NCBI GenBank assembly: GCA_028279645.1
Contig: JANQNJ010000002.1
Location: 1-58,905, forward strand
Source: Thermoplasmatota archaeon
Lineage (GTDB): Archaea; Thermoplasmatota; JAKEGO01; JANQNJ01
Length of the DNA stretch: 58,905 nt
Reading direction: 5' to 3'
Under the pieces are notes generated by a model, which searched no databases, was not told where the DNA came from, and saw nothing but the letters and a program-made list of their open reading frames with translations. The translations under genes and the position numbers were made by a program. Below, in pieces: positions 8,539 through 15,554 of the stretch. How positions within the stretch are numbered: the stretch's first letter is position 1; each line of letters opens with the position of its first letter.

Positions 8539-9855
8539 TCAGACGACCTTCTGGATCGCCTTCTCCATGATATCCAGCGCCGTCTTGATCTGCTCGTCGG
8601 TGACGACCAGAGCCGGGATGTAGCGGATGGCGGACCTGCCGCAAGGCAGAAGGATGAGGCCCATCTTGTAGGCCTCCTCGCAGATGGCGTTCCGCTCCTT
8701 GATGGCGAACTCCTTGGTCTTCCGGTCCTTGACGAACTCTGTGGCGAGCATCAAGCCGAGGCCGCGAACGTCGCCGATGAGATCGTACTTCTCCTGGAGC
8801 TCCAGGAAGCCCTCCTTGAGCTGGACCCCGCGCTCGACGCAGTTCCCCAGGAGGTTCTCCTCCTGGATGACATCGATCGTCGCACTGGCAGAGGCGCATG
8901 CTACGAGGTTGCCGCCGTAGGTGTTGGAGTGCGCTCCCTCCACGCCGAAGTCGAGGTCGGCGCGGAACACGGCTGCCCCTATCGGCATGCCGGAGCCCAT
9001 CCCCTTTGCGATCGTGATGATATCCGGAACGACGTTGAAGTGCTCCGTCGCGAACATCTTGCCGGTCCTGCCGAAGCCGGCCTGGACCTCGTCATCGATG
9101 AAGATCAGGTCGTGGTCCTCGGCGAGCTTCTTGAGCGCCGGATAGAAGTCCATCGGGGGAACGATGTATCCGCCCTCCCCCTGGACCGGCTCTGCCACTA
9201 TGGCGCAGCCCTGGTCCCCGAGCATTGTGTCGAAAAGGCTCTCGATATGGGCAATGCAGTGTTCGGTCAGGTCCTCGACGGCAACGCCGACAGGGGGCCT
9301 GTATGGATTCGGATAAGGAACGTGTATCACACCGGGCATCCAGGGGAAGAAGCGCTCTTTCTGGACGTACTTGCTGGCTGTGAAGGCCAGAGCGCCCAGA
9401 GTCCTTCCGTGGAAGCCACCCCTGAAGGCGATGAACTGGTGCTTGTTCTTGTTCCACTTCGAGACCTTGACCGCCGCCTCGACCGATTCCGCGCCGCTGT
9501 TTGTGAAGAACACCTTCTTGTCGTGGTCGCCGGGAGTTACCCCCGACAGCTTCTCGGCGAGGTCGGCCTGCTGCGAATAATAGAAATCGGTACCGGCGAA
9601 ATGGACCAGCTTGCCGGCCTGGTCCTGGACGGCCTTGACGACCTTGGGATGGCAGTGTCCAGTGTTCGTCACGCCGATGCCGCTGGTGAAATCGAGGAGG
9701 GTATTTCCGTCTGCGTCCCAGACCACCGCGCCCTCGCCGCGGACGCCCACGATGGGCGACGTCTTCGTCGATGTCGCAAGGTACTTCGTATCCTTGTCGA
9801 TGACCTTCTGCGATTCGCTTCCTGGTGGTATTGAGACTATCTCGGGTGCCCTCAT
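8539..9855 (-). CDS. class-III PLP aminotransferase (4-aminobutyrate / putrescine / ornithine aminotransferase-like)
   Basis: DADGNTLLDFTSGIGVTNTGHCHPKVV, FFTNSGAESVEAAVK, AFRGGFHGRT, LIFIDDEVQAGFGRTGKMFA, PDIITIAKGMGSGMPIGA (PLP-Lys), and NTYGGN. ATG 9855 gives the usual N-terminus (MRAPEIVSIPPGS...). ATG 9903 is an alternative. Confidence 0.9.
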   Translation of the reverse strand: MRAPEIVSIPPGSESQKVIDKDTKYLATSTKTSPIVGVRGEGAVVWDADGNTLLDFTSGIGVTNTGHCHPKVVKAVQDQAGKLVHFAGTDFYYSQQADLAEKLSGVTPGDHDKKVFFTNSGAESVEAAVKVSKWNKNKHQFIAFRGGFHGRTLGALAFTASKYVQKERFFPWMPGVIHVPYPNPYRPPVGVAVEDLTEHCIAHIESLFDTMLGDQGCAIVAEPVQGEGGYIVPPMDFYPALKKLAEDHDLIFIDDEVQAGFGRTGKMFATEHFNVVPDIITIAKGMGSGMPIGAAVFRADLDFGVEGAHSNTYGGNLVACASASATIDVIQEENLLGNCVERGVQLKEGFLELQEKYDLIGDVRGLGLMLATEFVKDRKTKEFAIKERNAICEEAYKMGLILLPCGRSAIRYIPALVVTDEQIKTALDIMEKAIQKVV

Positions 9856-9953
9856 GAAAATCACCGATTCTGAGATATCCGTCGCCCATAAAAGGGTTTC
9901 CATAGGGACTGTTCAAAGACGTCAACCATCGAGCAGAATCGCTGAAAAAACAC

Positions 9954-10562
9954 TCACTCTACAACGCGGCGCTCAGTTGTTTGGGGTCCTTGATCGATGA
10001 CGGCGAATATCTGCTCGATGTCGAATCCGCAGAGCTCCGAGAGCTCGGCGTGGATGGCTCTAGCCTTCTCACACTGGCCTGCAAGGCCCTTCTCCGTCAT
10101 CCTCTCGCAAAACGCATCGAGCCCCAGTATCTCGTCGTAGTATACGAGGTTATCAGAATGGGAAACGATCTTCTCCTCCAGGCTCACCGGGCGTAGGTCC
10201 CTGGCCGGCAGTCCCAGCCCCTCCGCCTCCTCCGCACCTACGCCTGCTCCCAGATGACGCTCGGCGATCAGTGCCAGCTCCTCCGGGAGACCTCGCTCCC
10301 GGATGATATCGGCGCTGGCGATCACATGGCCAAGACACCCATCCCTCGACCTGCCGATGTCGTGAAGCAGGGCCCCCGCGAAGACCATATCGACGTCGGC
10401 CCCGCATGCGGATGCTATGGCCAGCGCAAGCTGGGCCACAACGATCGAGTGGTCGATGATCCCCTGGGCGCACCCCTCCGCCTCGAGCAGGTCCAGGCAG
10501 TCCCTCAGGGCCGGCCACCTCACCTCGCTCGAGGGCGGGCCGAGCGGACATCCTCCTTCCAT
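9954..10562 (-). CDS. HD-domain metal-dependent phosphohydrolase
   Basis: ...IIDHSIVVAQLAL...GALLHDIGR...AERHLGAG... shows an H...HD...H pattern. 202 aa. Confidence 0.8.
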   Translation of the reverse strand: MEGGCPLGPPSSEVRWPALRDCLDLLEAEGCAQGIIDHSIVVAQLALAIASACGADVDMVFAGALLHDIGRSRDGCLGHVIASADIIRERGLPEELALIAERHLGAGVGAEEAEGLGLPARDLRPVSLEEKIVSHSDNLVYYDEILGLDAFCERMTEKGLAGQCEKARAIHAELSELCGFDIEQIFAVIDQGPQTTERRVVE

Positions 10563-11048
10563 ACCGGGATGATGCGCTTACGGCTAGTAAAGGTTGCGCA
10601 CAGAGATCAATATCGAGCCGGCCCGCTCTCAAGAGCTATGAAAAGAAGAAAGCTCAGGCTGGAAGATGGAAGATGTCCCCCGAGAGGGGGGGGGGTCCGG
10701 GGGACGAGAACGAAGGAGAGTCGCCTGCCGGCCTAAAAGGAGCAATAATCTTCCGGGAGGTGACCTTGATTATTGGAGAGATCTCATGCAATGGTTACCA
10801 TGAGGTTTGTAGGTCAAACGGCAGTGCGACTCCAGAGAAAGGTGCAGTTTGAAGATACTTAAAGGACTAGGTAGAGGCCAGTGAAGCGATTCGGCCTCTA
10901 GGGCATAATTTAGGGGGTTTCTTTATAAACTCAACGTCTGAGTGAAAGCGACAGATAGGTACCTCTGCCGCATCCGTGGTGGAAAATGGATGCTTCGCGG
11001 TGCCGTGAACGGTGCGTTTTGGTAATATCCGGGGCTCGTTAATGGCTT

Positions 11049-11486
11049 TCAGCCCTTCCGGGCGTAGCGCCATGCGCCCTCGAACCCATCGTTCATGCAC
11101 TTGACGCACTTGCCGTAGTAGAGCGCCCTGATGTTGAGCACCCTCTTGTCGTTCCAGTCGATGTAGAACATCACATCGGTGAACCCGATGTATCCGGCGT
11201 TGATCTCCTTCCCCTTGTGGACCTTGTAGACCTTGGCCTTGGTGGTGGCAACGTCGCCCAGCTCCCTGAGCTCCTTGTTCGATCTCTTGCCCCGCGGCAG
11301 GATGATCTTCAGGTCCGGGACGCTCTCGAGGTCCGGCTTCAGGTCGTAGAGCATCTTCATCGGGATCGAGTTGATGCGTACCTTGCGCGCCTTCTCCAGC
11401 CTCTTCCTGATCTCGGCAAGCCCTTCCTTCGGGCTGGAGTAGGTCTCGGATATCTTGATCTCGTATCTTCCTTTCACAACAGGCAT
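11049..11486 (-). CDS. hypothetical basic protein (145 aa)
   Basis: ATG start and protein-like composition (MPVVKGRYEIKISETYSSPKEGLAEIRKRLEKARK...). Lies 60 nt downstream of and co-directional with the response-regulator gene. No family recognised. Confidence 0.5.
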   Translation of the reverse strand: MPVVKGRYEIKISETYSSPKEGLAEIRKRLEKARKVRINSIPMKMLYDLKPDLESVPDLKIILPRGKRSNKELRELGDVATTKAKVYKVHKGKEINAGYIGFTDVMFYIDWNDKRVLNIRALYYGKCVKCMNDGFEGAWRYARKG

Positions 11487-11545
11487 TTCGATCTCCTCCT
11501 ATAATTGAGGATGCGCGGATCCGTTCCGGCATCTTTGAGCTTGAA

Positions 11546-12655
11546 TCATCCCTTCAGGGAGAGTATGGTCCCGCCGCTCGGGCCTTCCTCCCATTCCGCC
11601 CCCGCTTTCATGAGGTCCACGAGCTTCTGTCCCTTCGTGGTGAGGTTGTAGCGGCCGTCGCCGTCCTTTGCCACGATCCCGGTGGAGCTCAGCGTCCGGA
11701 GGTGGAAGGCCAGGGTGCTGGAGTTCTCTATGTCCAGGTCGGCCTTGATCGAGTTGAAGTTCATGTGCGGGGTGTTGGTGAGGAGGTTCAGCAGGTCGAG
11801 CCTCAGCGGATGTGCGATGATGCTGGCGAACTCGGAGATCCGGTCCCTGGTCAGCAGATGTGACAGCTCCTGGTATGCAGAGGGCGTGAGGTGGGTGGAG
11901 TTGGTGGTGATGAACAGGCCGCTACCTTCCGGAACGATCTTCTCGTTAAGGAAGGCCACGTACTTCACGATATGATCTGGAGAGTGGGCCTCGATCAGAT
12001 AATCGATATTGAAGAACAGCAGCTGTGACTCCGGATGCTCCTCGAAGAACTGGCGGATCCTCTCGGTGAGGTTGTTGAGCTTCTTCGGGGACATAGTGTC
12101 CTCCTCCGCCGCGAGGTCCAGGCGCACTACGGCAATACTGGTCCCCTTTGATCGTATCTCGTCGATCTGGTCCCTGTGGTTGGAGAAGTCGGACTCGGGC
12201 ATTATCATCAACGTCGTGCTGGTGCATATACCGGCGAGGAAGTCGGTCTCGGTGTGGGCCTGGTCGCTTCCGAACTCACCCATCTTCCTGTTCAGCTCCC
12301 AGTCCTCCTTTGCCTCCTCGATCTTGCTAACGATGCTCTCGATCTTGAACGGCTTCGTAAGGTAGTCGTAGGCGCCGGACCTGAGGGCCTGGACCGCGGT
12401 CTCCACCGTTGCGTGGCCCGTGAACAGAATGACCTGGGTATCCTTGTTCCTCTCCTTGACCCGCTCCAGGAGGCCCAGTCCGTCGATGCCGGGCATCTTG
12501 AGATCGGTCATCACCAGCCAGAAGTCCGTTGCATCCATCTTCTTGAGCGCCTCCTTGCTGGAGCTGGCGCACTCGATCTCGTACCCGCTGTCGCCGAGGC
12601 CGGTCTGGACCGTCTCGAGGAATAGCTTATCGTCGTCCACGATAAGAATGCCCAT
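11546..12655 (-). CDS. response regulator: CheY-like receiver + DUF835-like middle domain + C-terminal ArsR-type winged helix
   Basis: REC: ILIVDDD...WLVMTDLKMPGIDGL...ILFTGHA...AYDYLTKPF. Middle ~150 aa (SIAVVRLD...MSPKKLNNLTERIRQFFEEHPESQLLFFNIDYLIEAHSPDHIVKYVAFLNEKI...GLFITTN) resembles archaeal DUF835 (from memory). C-terminus HPLRLDLLNLL...NFNSIKADLDIENSSTLAFHLRTLSSTGIV...RYNLT is an ArsR-like wHTH. Confidence 0.8.
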   Translation of the reverse strand: MGILIVDDDKLFLETVQTGLGDSGYEIECASSSKEALKKMDATDFWLVMTDLKMPGIDGLGLLERVKERNKDTQVILFTGHATVETAVQALRSGAYDYLTKPFKIESIVSKIEEAKEDWELNRKMGEFGSDQAHTETDFLAGICTSTTLMIMPESDFSNHRDQIDEIRSKGTSIAVVRLDLAAEEDTMSPKKLNNLTERIRQFFEEHPESQLLFFNIDYLIEAHSPDHIVKYVAFLNEKIVPEGSGLFITTNSTHLTPSAYQELSHLLTRDRISEFASIIAHPLRLDLLNLLTNTPHMNFNSIKADLDIENSSTLAFHLRTLSSTGIVAKDGDGRYNLTTKGQKLVDLMKAGAEWEEGPSGGTILSLKG

Positions 12656-12860
12656 GTGCTACACATCCTTCAATGGGGGTCGACAGGGTCCACGGTAGAC
12701 CTGCCCCGTAGGTTCAGATGTCCGACAGGAACAGCCTAATGACCTCGACCCCTCCCGGGGTTCAATCCATCTCCTGCATATTTAATGGTTATGCGAAGGA
12801 AGCCACGCAAACCTTATCTACTGGCCACTGCGGTCCCGGGTCTGGAAGGAACGTGGCGCC

Positions 12861-13067
12861 ATGGACCATGACAGCATCTCCATCGAGGTCGACGACCTGT
12901 CGACCTTCACGCACGATGTCAACAACCACCTCGCGAACATCACATTGCTAGCGCAGGTCCTGAAGAACCGGCTCGAGCCGCAGGACCATGAGAAGGTGGA
13001 GCAGATCCTCGGACAGGTGAAGAGGGTCGAGGTCCTGGTGAGGGAGATGCGGGACCGGGCGCCGTAG
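12861..13067 (+). CDS. stand-alone histidine-kinase DHp (HisKA-like) domain protein, no ATPase domain (68 aa)
   Basis: LSTFTHDVNNHLANITLLAQVLKNRL...QILGQVKRVEVLVREMRD is an H-box-like helix (compare HisKA_2 HHRVKNNL) followed by a second helix. Divergent from the REC gene. Confidence 0.5.
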   Translation: MDHDSISIEVDDLSTFTHDVNNHLANITLLAQVLKNRLEPQDHEKVEQILGQVKRVEVLVREMRDRAP

Positions 13068-13127
13068 GCTCACCCATCCCGTCGATTGTGATAAGGTTTA
13101 AGTAAATATAGTAGAATCCGACCGACG

Positions 13128-13535
13128 ATGAGGCCCTCCATGAACCTTTCCCGCACACTTGGTATTCTAGCAGCCATAGTGCTCGCGGTCTCGTTCTCCA
13201 CCCTGGCATTCAACTCCATGAAGGCTCAGGAAAGCCTCGGAACGGTGGAGATAACGGGAGAGGAGTTCACCTGGGAGGAGCTCGAGGAGGAGTACGGCCT
13301 CAGGACGATCGGGGAGCATAAAGGGCTCCCTCTCAGCGACATCGTGAACGACACCGGCCTCGAGGACCCGGACAAGCATCAGTACAGGATAACGGGTGTC
13401 GACGGCTACCAGAAGACGGTGAAGTGGAAGGATATGCTGAACTGCGTCATCGACATGGGCGAGAAGCGGACGGTCTTCCCGCACCTGCCCAAGGCGATGT
13501 ACGTCCGGGATGTAGTGGAGATAGAGGCGGTGTGA
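13128..13535 (+). CDS. membrane-anchored exported protein, one copy of a ~100-aa domain with SUOX/YedY-type 'oxidoreductase molybdopterin-binding'-like motif pattern
   Basis: N-terminal anchor LGILAAIVLAVSFSTLAF, then ...HKGLPLSDIVNDTGL...YRITGVDGYQKTVKWKDM...RTVFPHLPKAMYVRDVVEIEAV. First gene of a tightly spaced five-gene cluster. Confidence 0.6.
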   Translation: MRPSMNLSRTLGILAAIVLAVSFSTLAFNSMKAQESLGTVEITGEEFTWEELEEEYGLRTIGEHKGLPLSDIVNDTGLEDPDKHQYRITGVDGYQKTVKWKDMLNCVIDMGEKRTVFPHLPKAMYVRDVVEIEAV

Positions 13536-13537
13536 AG

Positions 13538-14287
13538 ATGAAGAGCTTGCATTTCTATCTCATTTGCTTAACGATGATCGTTGCAGCGGCGGCCATGGCC
13601 GGCTGCCTTGATGACGATAACGGTGACGGGGACAATGGCGGTAACGGAGGCAGTGGAGCCAAGATCACGATCAACGGGGTCGAGTTCCTCCTGAAGGATA
13701 TCTTCAAGGACTACGGGTCCAGGACCGTGAACAGCGACGGCAGCACCCTGACTGGCACGCCGCTTGACGCGCTGATCAACGCGACCAACCTCACGACCCC
13801 GGAGAACTGGCAGTACAAGATAACTGCGGGTGACGGCTTCTACAGGAACGTCACCTGGACCGACCTGACCAAGGGCGTTCTCGTGGAGGACGAGACCAAG
13901 ACCGCGTTCTCCAACCTTCCGAAGGGATATCAGGTCAGGGAGGTCGAGAAGATAGAGAAGATCACCACCGACCTCCTGGTGTTCGCGGACAGAACCTACA
14001 CATGGGACCAGCCGTTCGCCATATTCAAATGGGATATGAAGGACCATGTGGAGGACGCCAACACGACGCATACAGGCGTCGTCCTATGGGACCTGGCGAA
14101 CTTCACCGGGATCTCGGACGCCGAGAACGCGACCTTCAGGGTGACCGCCTCCGACGGCTACAACAAGAGCGTCGCAGGCGAGAACTTCACGAAGGGGCTC
14201 TTGGTCAAGGGGGAGATGAAGGTCGTCTTCCCTGACCTGGCCAAGTCGTTCTGGGTCAGGGACGTCGTGACGATAGAGATAATTTGA
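13538..14287 (+). CDS. putative lipoprotein with two copies of the same exported domain
   Basis: ATG 13538, 2 nt after the upstream stop. Signal plus lipobox-like ...AAAAMAGC, a Gly/Asp/Asn linker, then two repeats (...GTPLDALINATNL...YKITAGDGFYRNVTWTDL...FSNLPKGYQVREVEKIEKI and ...FRVTASDGYNKSVAGENF...VFPDLAKSFWVRDVVTIEII). Several N-x-S/T sequons. Confidence 0.65.
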   Translation: MKSLHFYLICLTMIVAAAAMAGCLDDDNGDGDNGGNGGSGAKITINGVEFLLKDIFKDYGSRTVNSDGSTLTGTPLDALINATNLTTPENWQYKITAGDGFYRNVTWTDLTKGVLVEDETKTAFSNLPKGYQVREVEKIEKITTDLLVFADRTYTWDQPFAIFKWDMKDHVEDANTTHTGVVLWDLANFTGISDAENATFRVTASDGYNKSVAGENFTKGLLVKGEMKVVFPDLAKSFWVRDVVTIEII

Positions 14288-14317
14288 CGATAACTCAATA
14301 ACAACAGGTGATGACCA

Positions 14318-15004
14318 ATGAACAGATACAGGATGATCGCAGGGATCATAGTGTTCGGCTCGATATGGGGGATGCTCGAGTGCTTCCTCGGCGGGTTCAA
14401 CCCGCAGGTCGGAATGCTCGGCGAGTTCCCGTCCGGCGCCCTTCTGGGAGGGTTCTTCGGGCTCGGGATCATGGCGATGACGAGGATGTGGTTCGGCGTG
14501 CGCGGCATGGCCTTCGGAATGGCCATCGTCGCGGGTTCGCTCCGATACATCGCGCCGGTGGGCACCTTCGTGATCTGCTCCGCCATCGCCATCGTGGCAG
14601 AGGGAGCGGTCTTCGAGATCATAATGAGCAGGAAGCAGCTGGACATCTCCAGGATAGCGACCCGAAGGTCGCTGGCGAGCGGCGCCGCATCCTATCCGAT
14701 GCTGGCCTTCCTGGGTGTGATAACCGGTTACGTGATCTTTGTAACGGGGTATGCGATCACTCAGATCCTGACGCCCTACCTGGGCACCGGGACCATCGTC
14801 CTCGCGGATGTGGCTGCCGTGATGCCGATAATCATCGGGAGGGGCTTCTATGCGGCAGTGCTCGGTGCGGTATCGCTTCCGCTGGCGGTCTACGTCGGCA
14901 ACCTGCACCTGGACCTTGACAGGATCAAGAAGGAGGTCTTCTATCCGCTGACCACCGCCGCGTCGGTCTGCTGCTGGATGGCCGTGATCATAGTGTTCTA
15001 CTGA
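14318..15004 (+). CDS. polytopic integral membrane protein (about 6 TM), family not recognised
   Basis: 228 aa, hydrophobic throughout (IIVFGSIWGMLECFLGG...). AGGTGA Shine-Dalgarno about 15 nt upstream. Lies inside the AOR cluster. Confidence 0.65.
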   Translation: MNRYRMIAGIIVFGSIWGMLECFLGGFNPQVGMLGEFPSGALLGGFFGLGIMAMTRMWFGVRGMAFGMAIVAGSLRYIAPVGTFVICSAIAIVAEGAVFEIIMSRKQLDISRIATRRSLASGAASYPMLAFLGVITGYVIFVTGYAITQILTPYLGTGTIVLADVAAVMPIIIGRGFYAAVLGAVSLPLAVYVGNLHLDLDRIKKEVFYPLTTAASVCCWMAVIIVFY

Positions 15005-15030
15005 GGACCCGAGACGAGGGGTGTGTTCCA

Positions 15031-15549
15031 ATGACAGGCGAGAAGGTGAAGGTCCTCAGGTACAGGGCCGATAAATGTGTTGGATGCCGGAAGTGCGAGA
15101 AGGCCTGCTCCAAGGTCCACTTCAAGGTCGAAAAGGGAGGGGACAGGTCCGCCATCAGGATAATGAAGGCAAAGGGAGACTGGTGGGAAAAGCTTCCCGA
15201 GGCGGTAAGGAAGGGTCTCCAGGGAGCCTCTGACGGAGAGGCCGAGGGCAAGTATGTCATGCACGTCTGCGACCAGCGCGGGCTATGCATCGATGTATGC
15301 CCGGTGGCCGCCATCACGAGGAAGCCAACAGGTGCCGTCTGGCTAGACAGGAAGCGTTGCGTGGGCTGCCTCTCCTGTATCGGCTTCTGTCCGATAGACG
15401 CCATGAGGCGCTGGGAGGGCGAGATCGAGCCGTTCAAGTGCATATCATGCGGCTCATGCGTCCGGGCCTGCCCGGAGGAGGCGCTCTACATGGAGGAAAG
15501 GGACGTGGAAGAGATCAAGGAAGTGGTGCACCACAGGATGGGGCCGTGA
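15031..15549 (+). CDS. 4Fe-4S dicluster ferredoxin-type protein (electron-transfer partner of the AOR)
   Basis: Cys motifs CVGCRKCEKAC, CDQRGLCIDVCP, CVGCLSCIGFCP, and CISCGSCVRACP. Confidence 0.85.
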   Translation: MTGEKVKVLRYRADKCVGCRKCEKACSKVHFKVEKGGDRSAIRIMKAKGDWWEKLPEAVRKGLQGASDGEAEGKYVMHVCDQRGLCIDVCPVAAITRKPTGAVWLDRKRCVGCLSCIGFCPIDAMRRWEGEIEPFKCISCGSCVRACPEEALYMEERDVEEIKEVVHHRMGP

Positions 15550-15554
15550 TATCA

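Noticed and set aside
8530-9834. 434-aa plus-strand ORF antisense to the aminotransferase. Similar long shadow ORFs occur at 5215..5874, 16266..17594, 41570..42970, 42971..43696, 23688..24668 and 46879..47376.
   Set aside because: Each lies opposite a gene with unambiguous family motifs. Their translations are Leu/Val/Asp/Arg/Gly-rich with no motifs, which is the expected antisense open frame of high-GC coding DNA.
10740-11048. SRP RNA or RNase P RNA in the gene-free region
   Set aside because: I could not find the conserved SRP helix-8 motifs or the RNase P CR-I/CR-V elements (for example GAGGAAAGTCC) on either strand. Only generic hairpins are reported.
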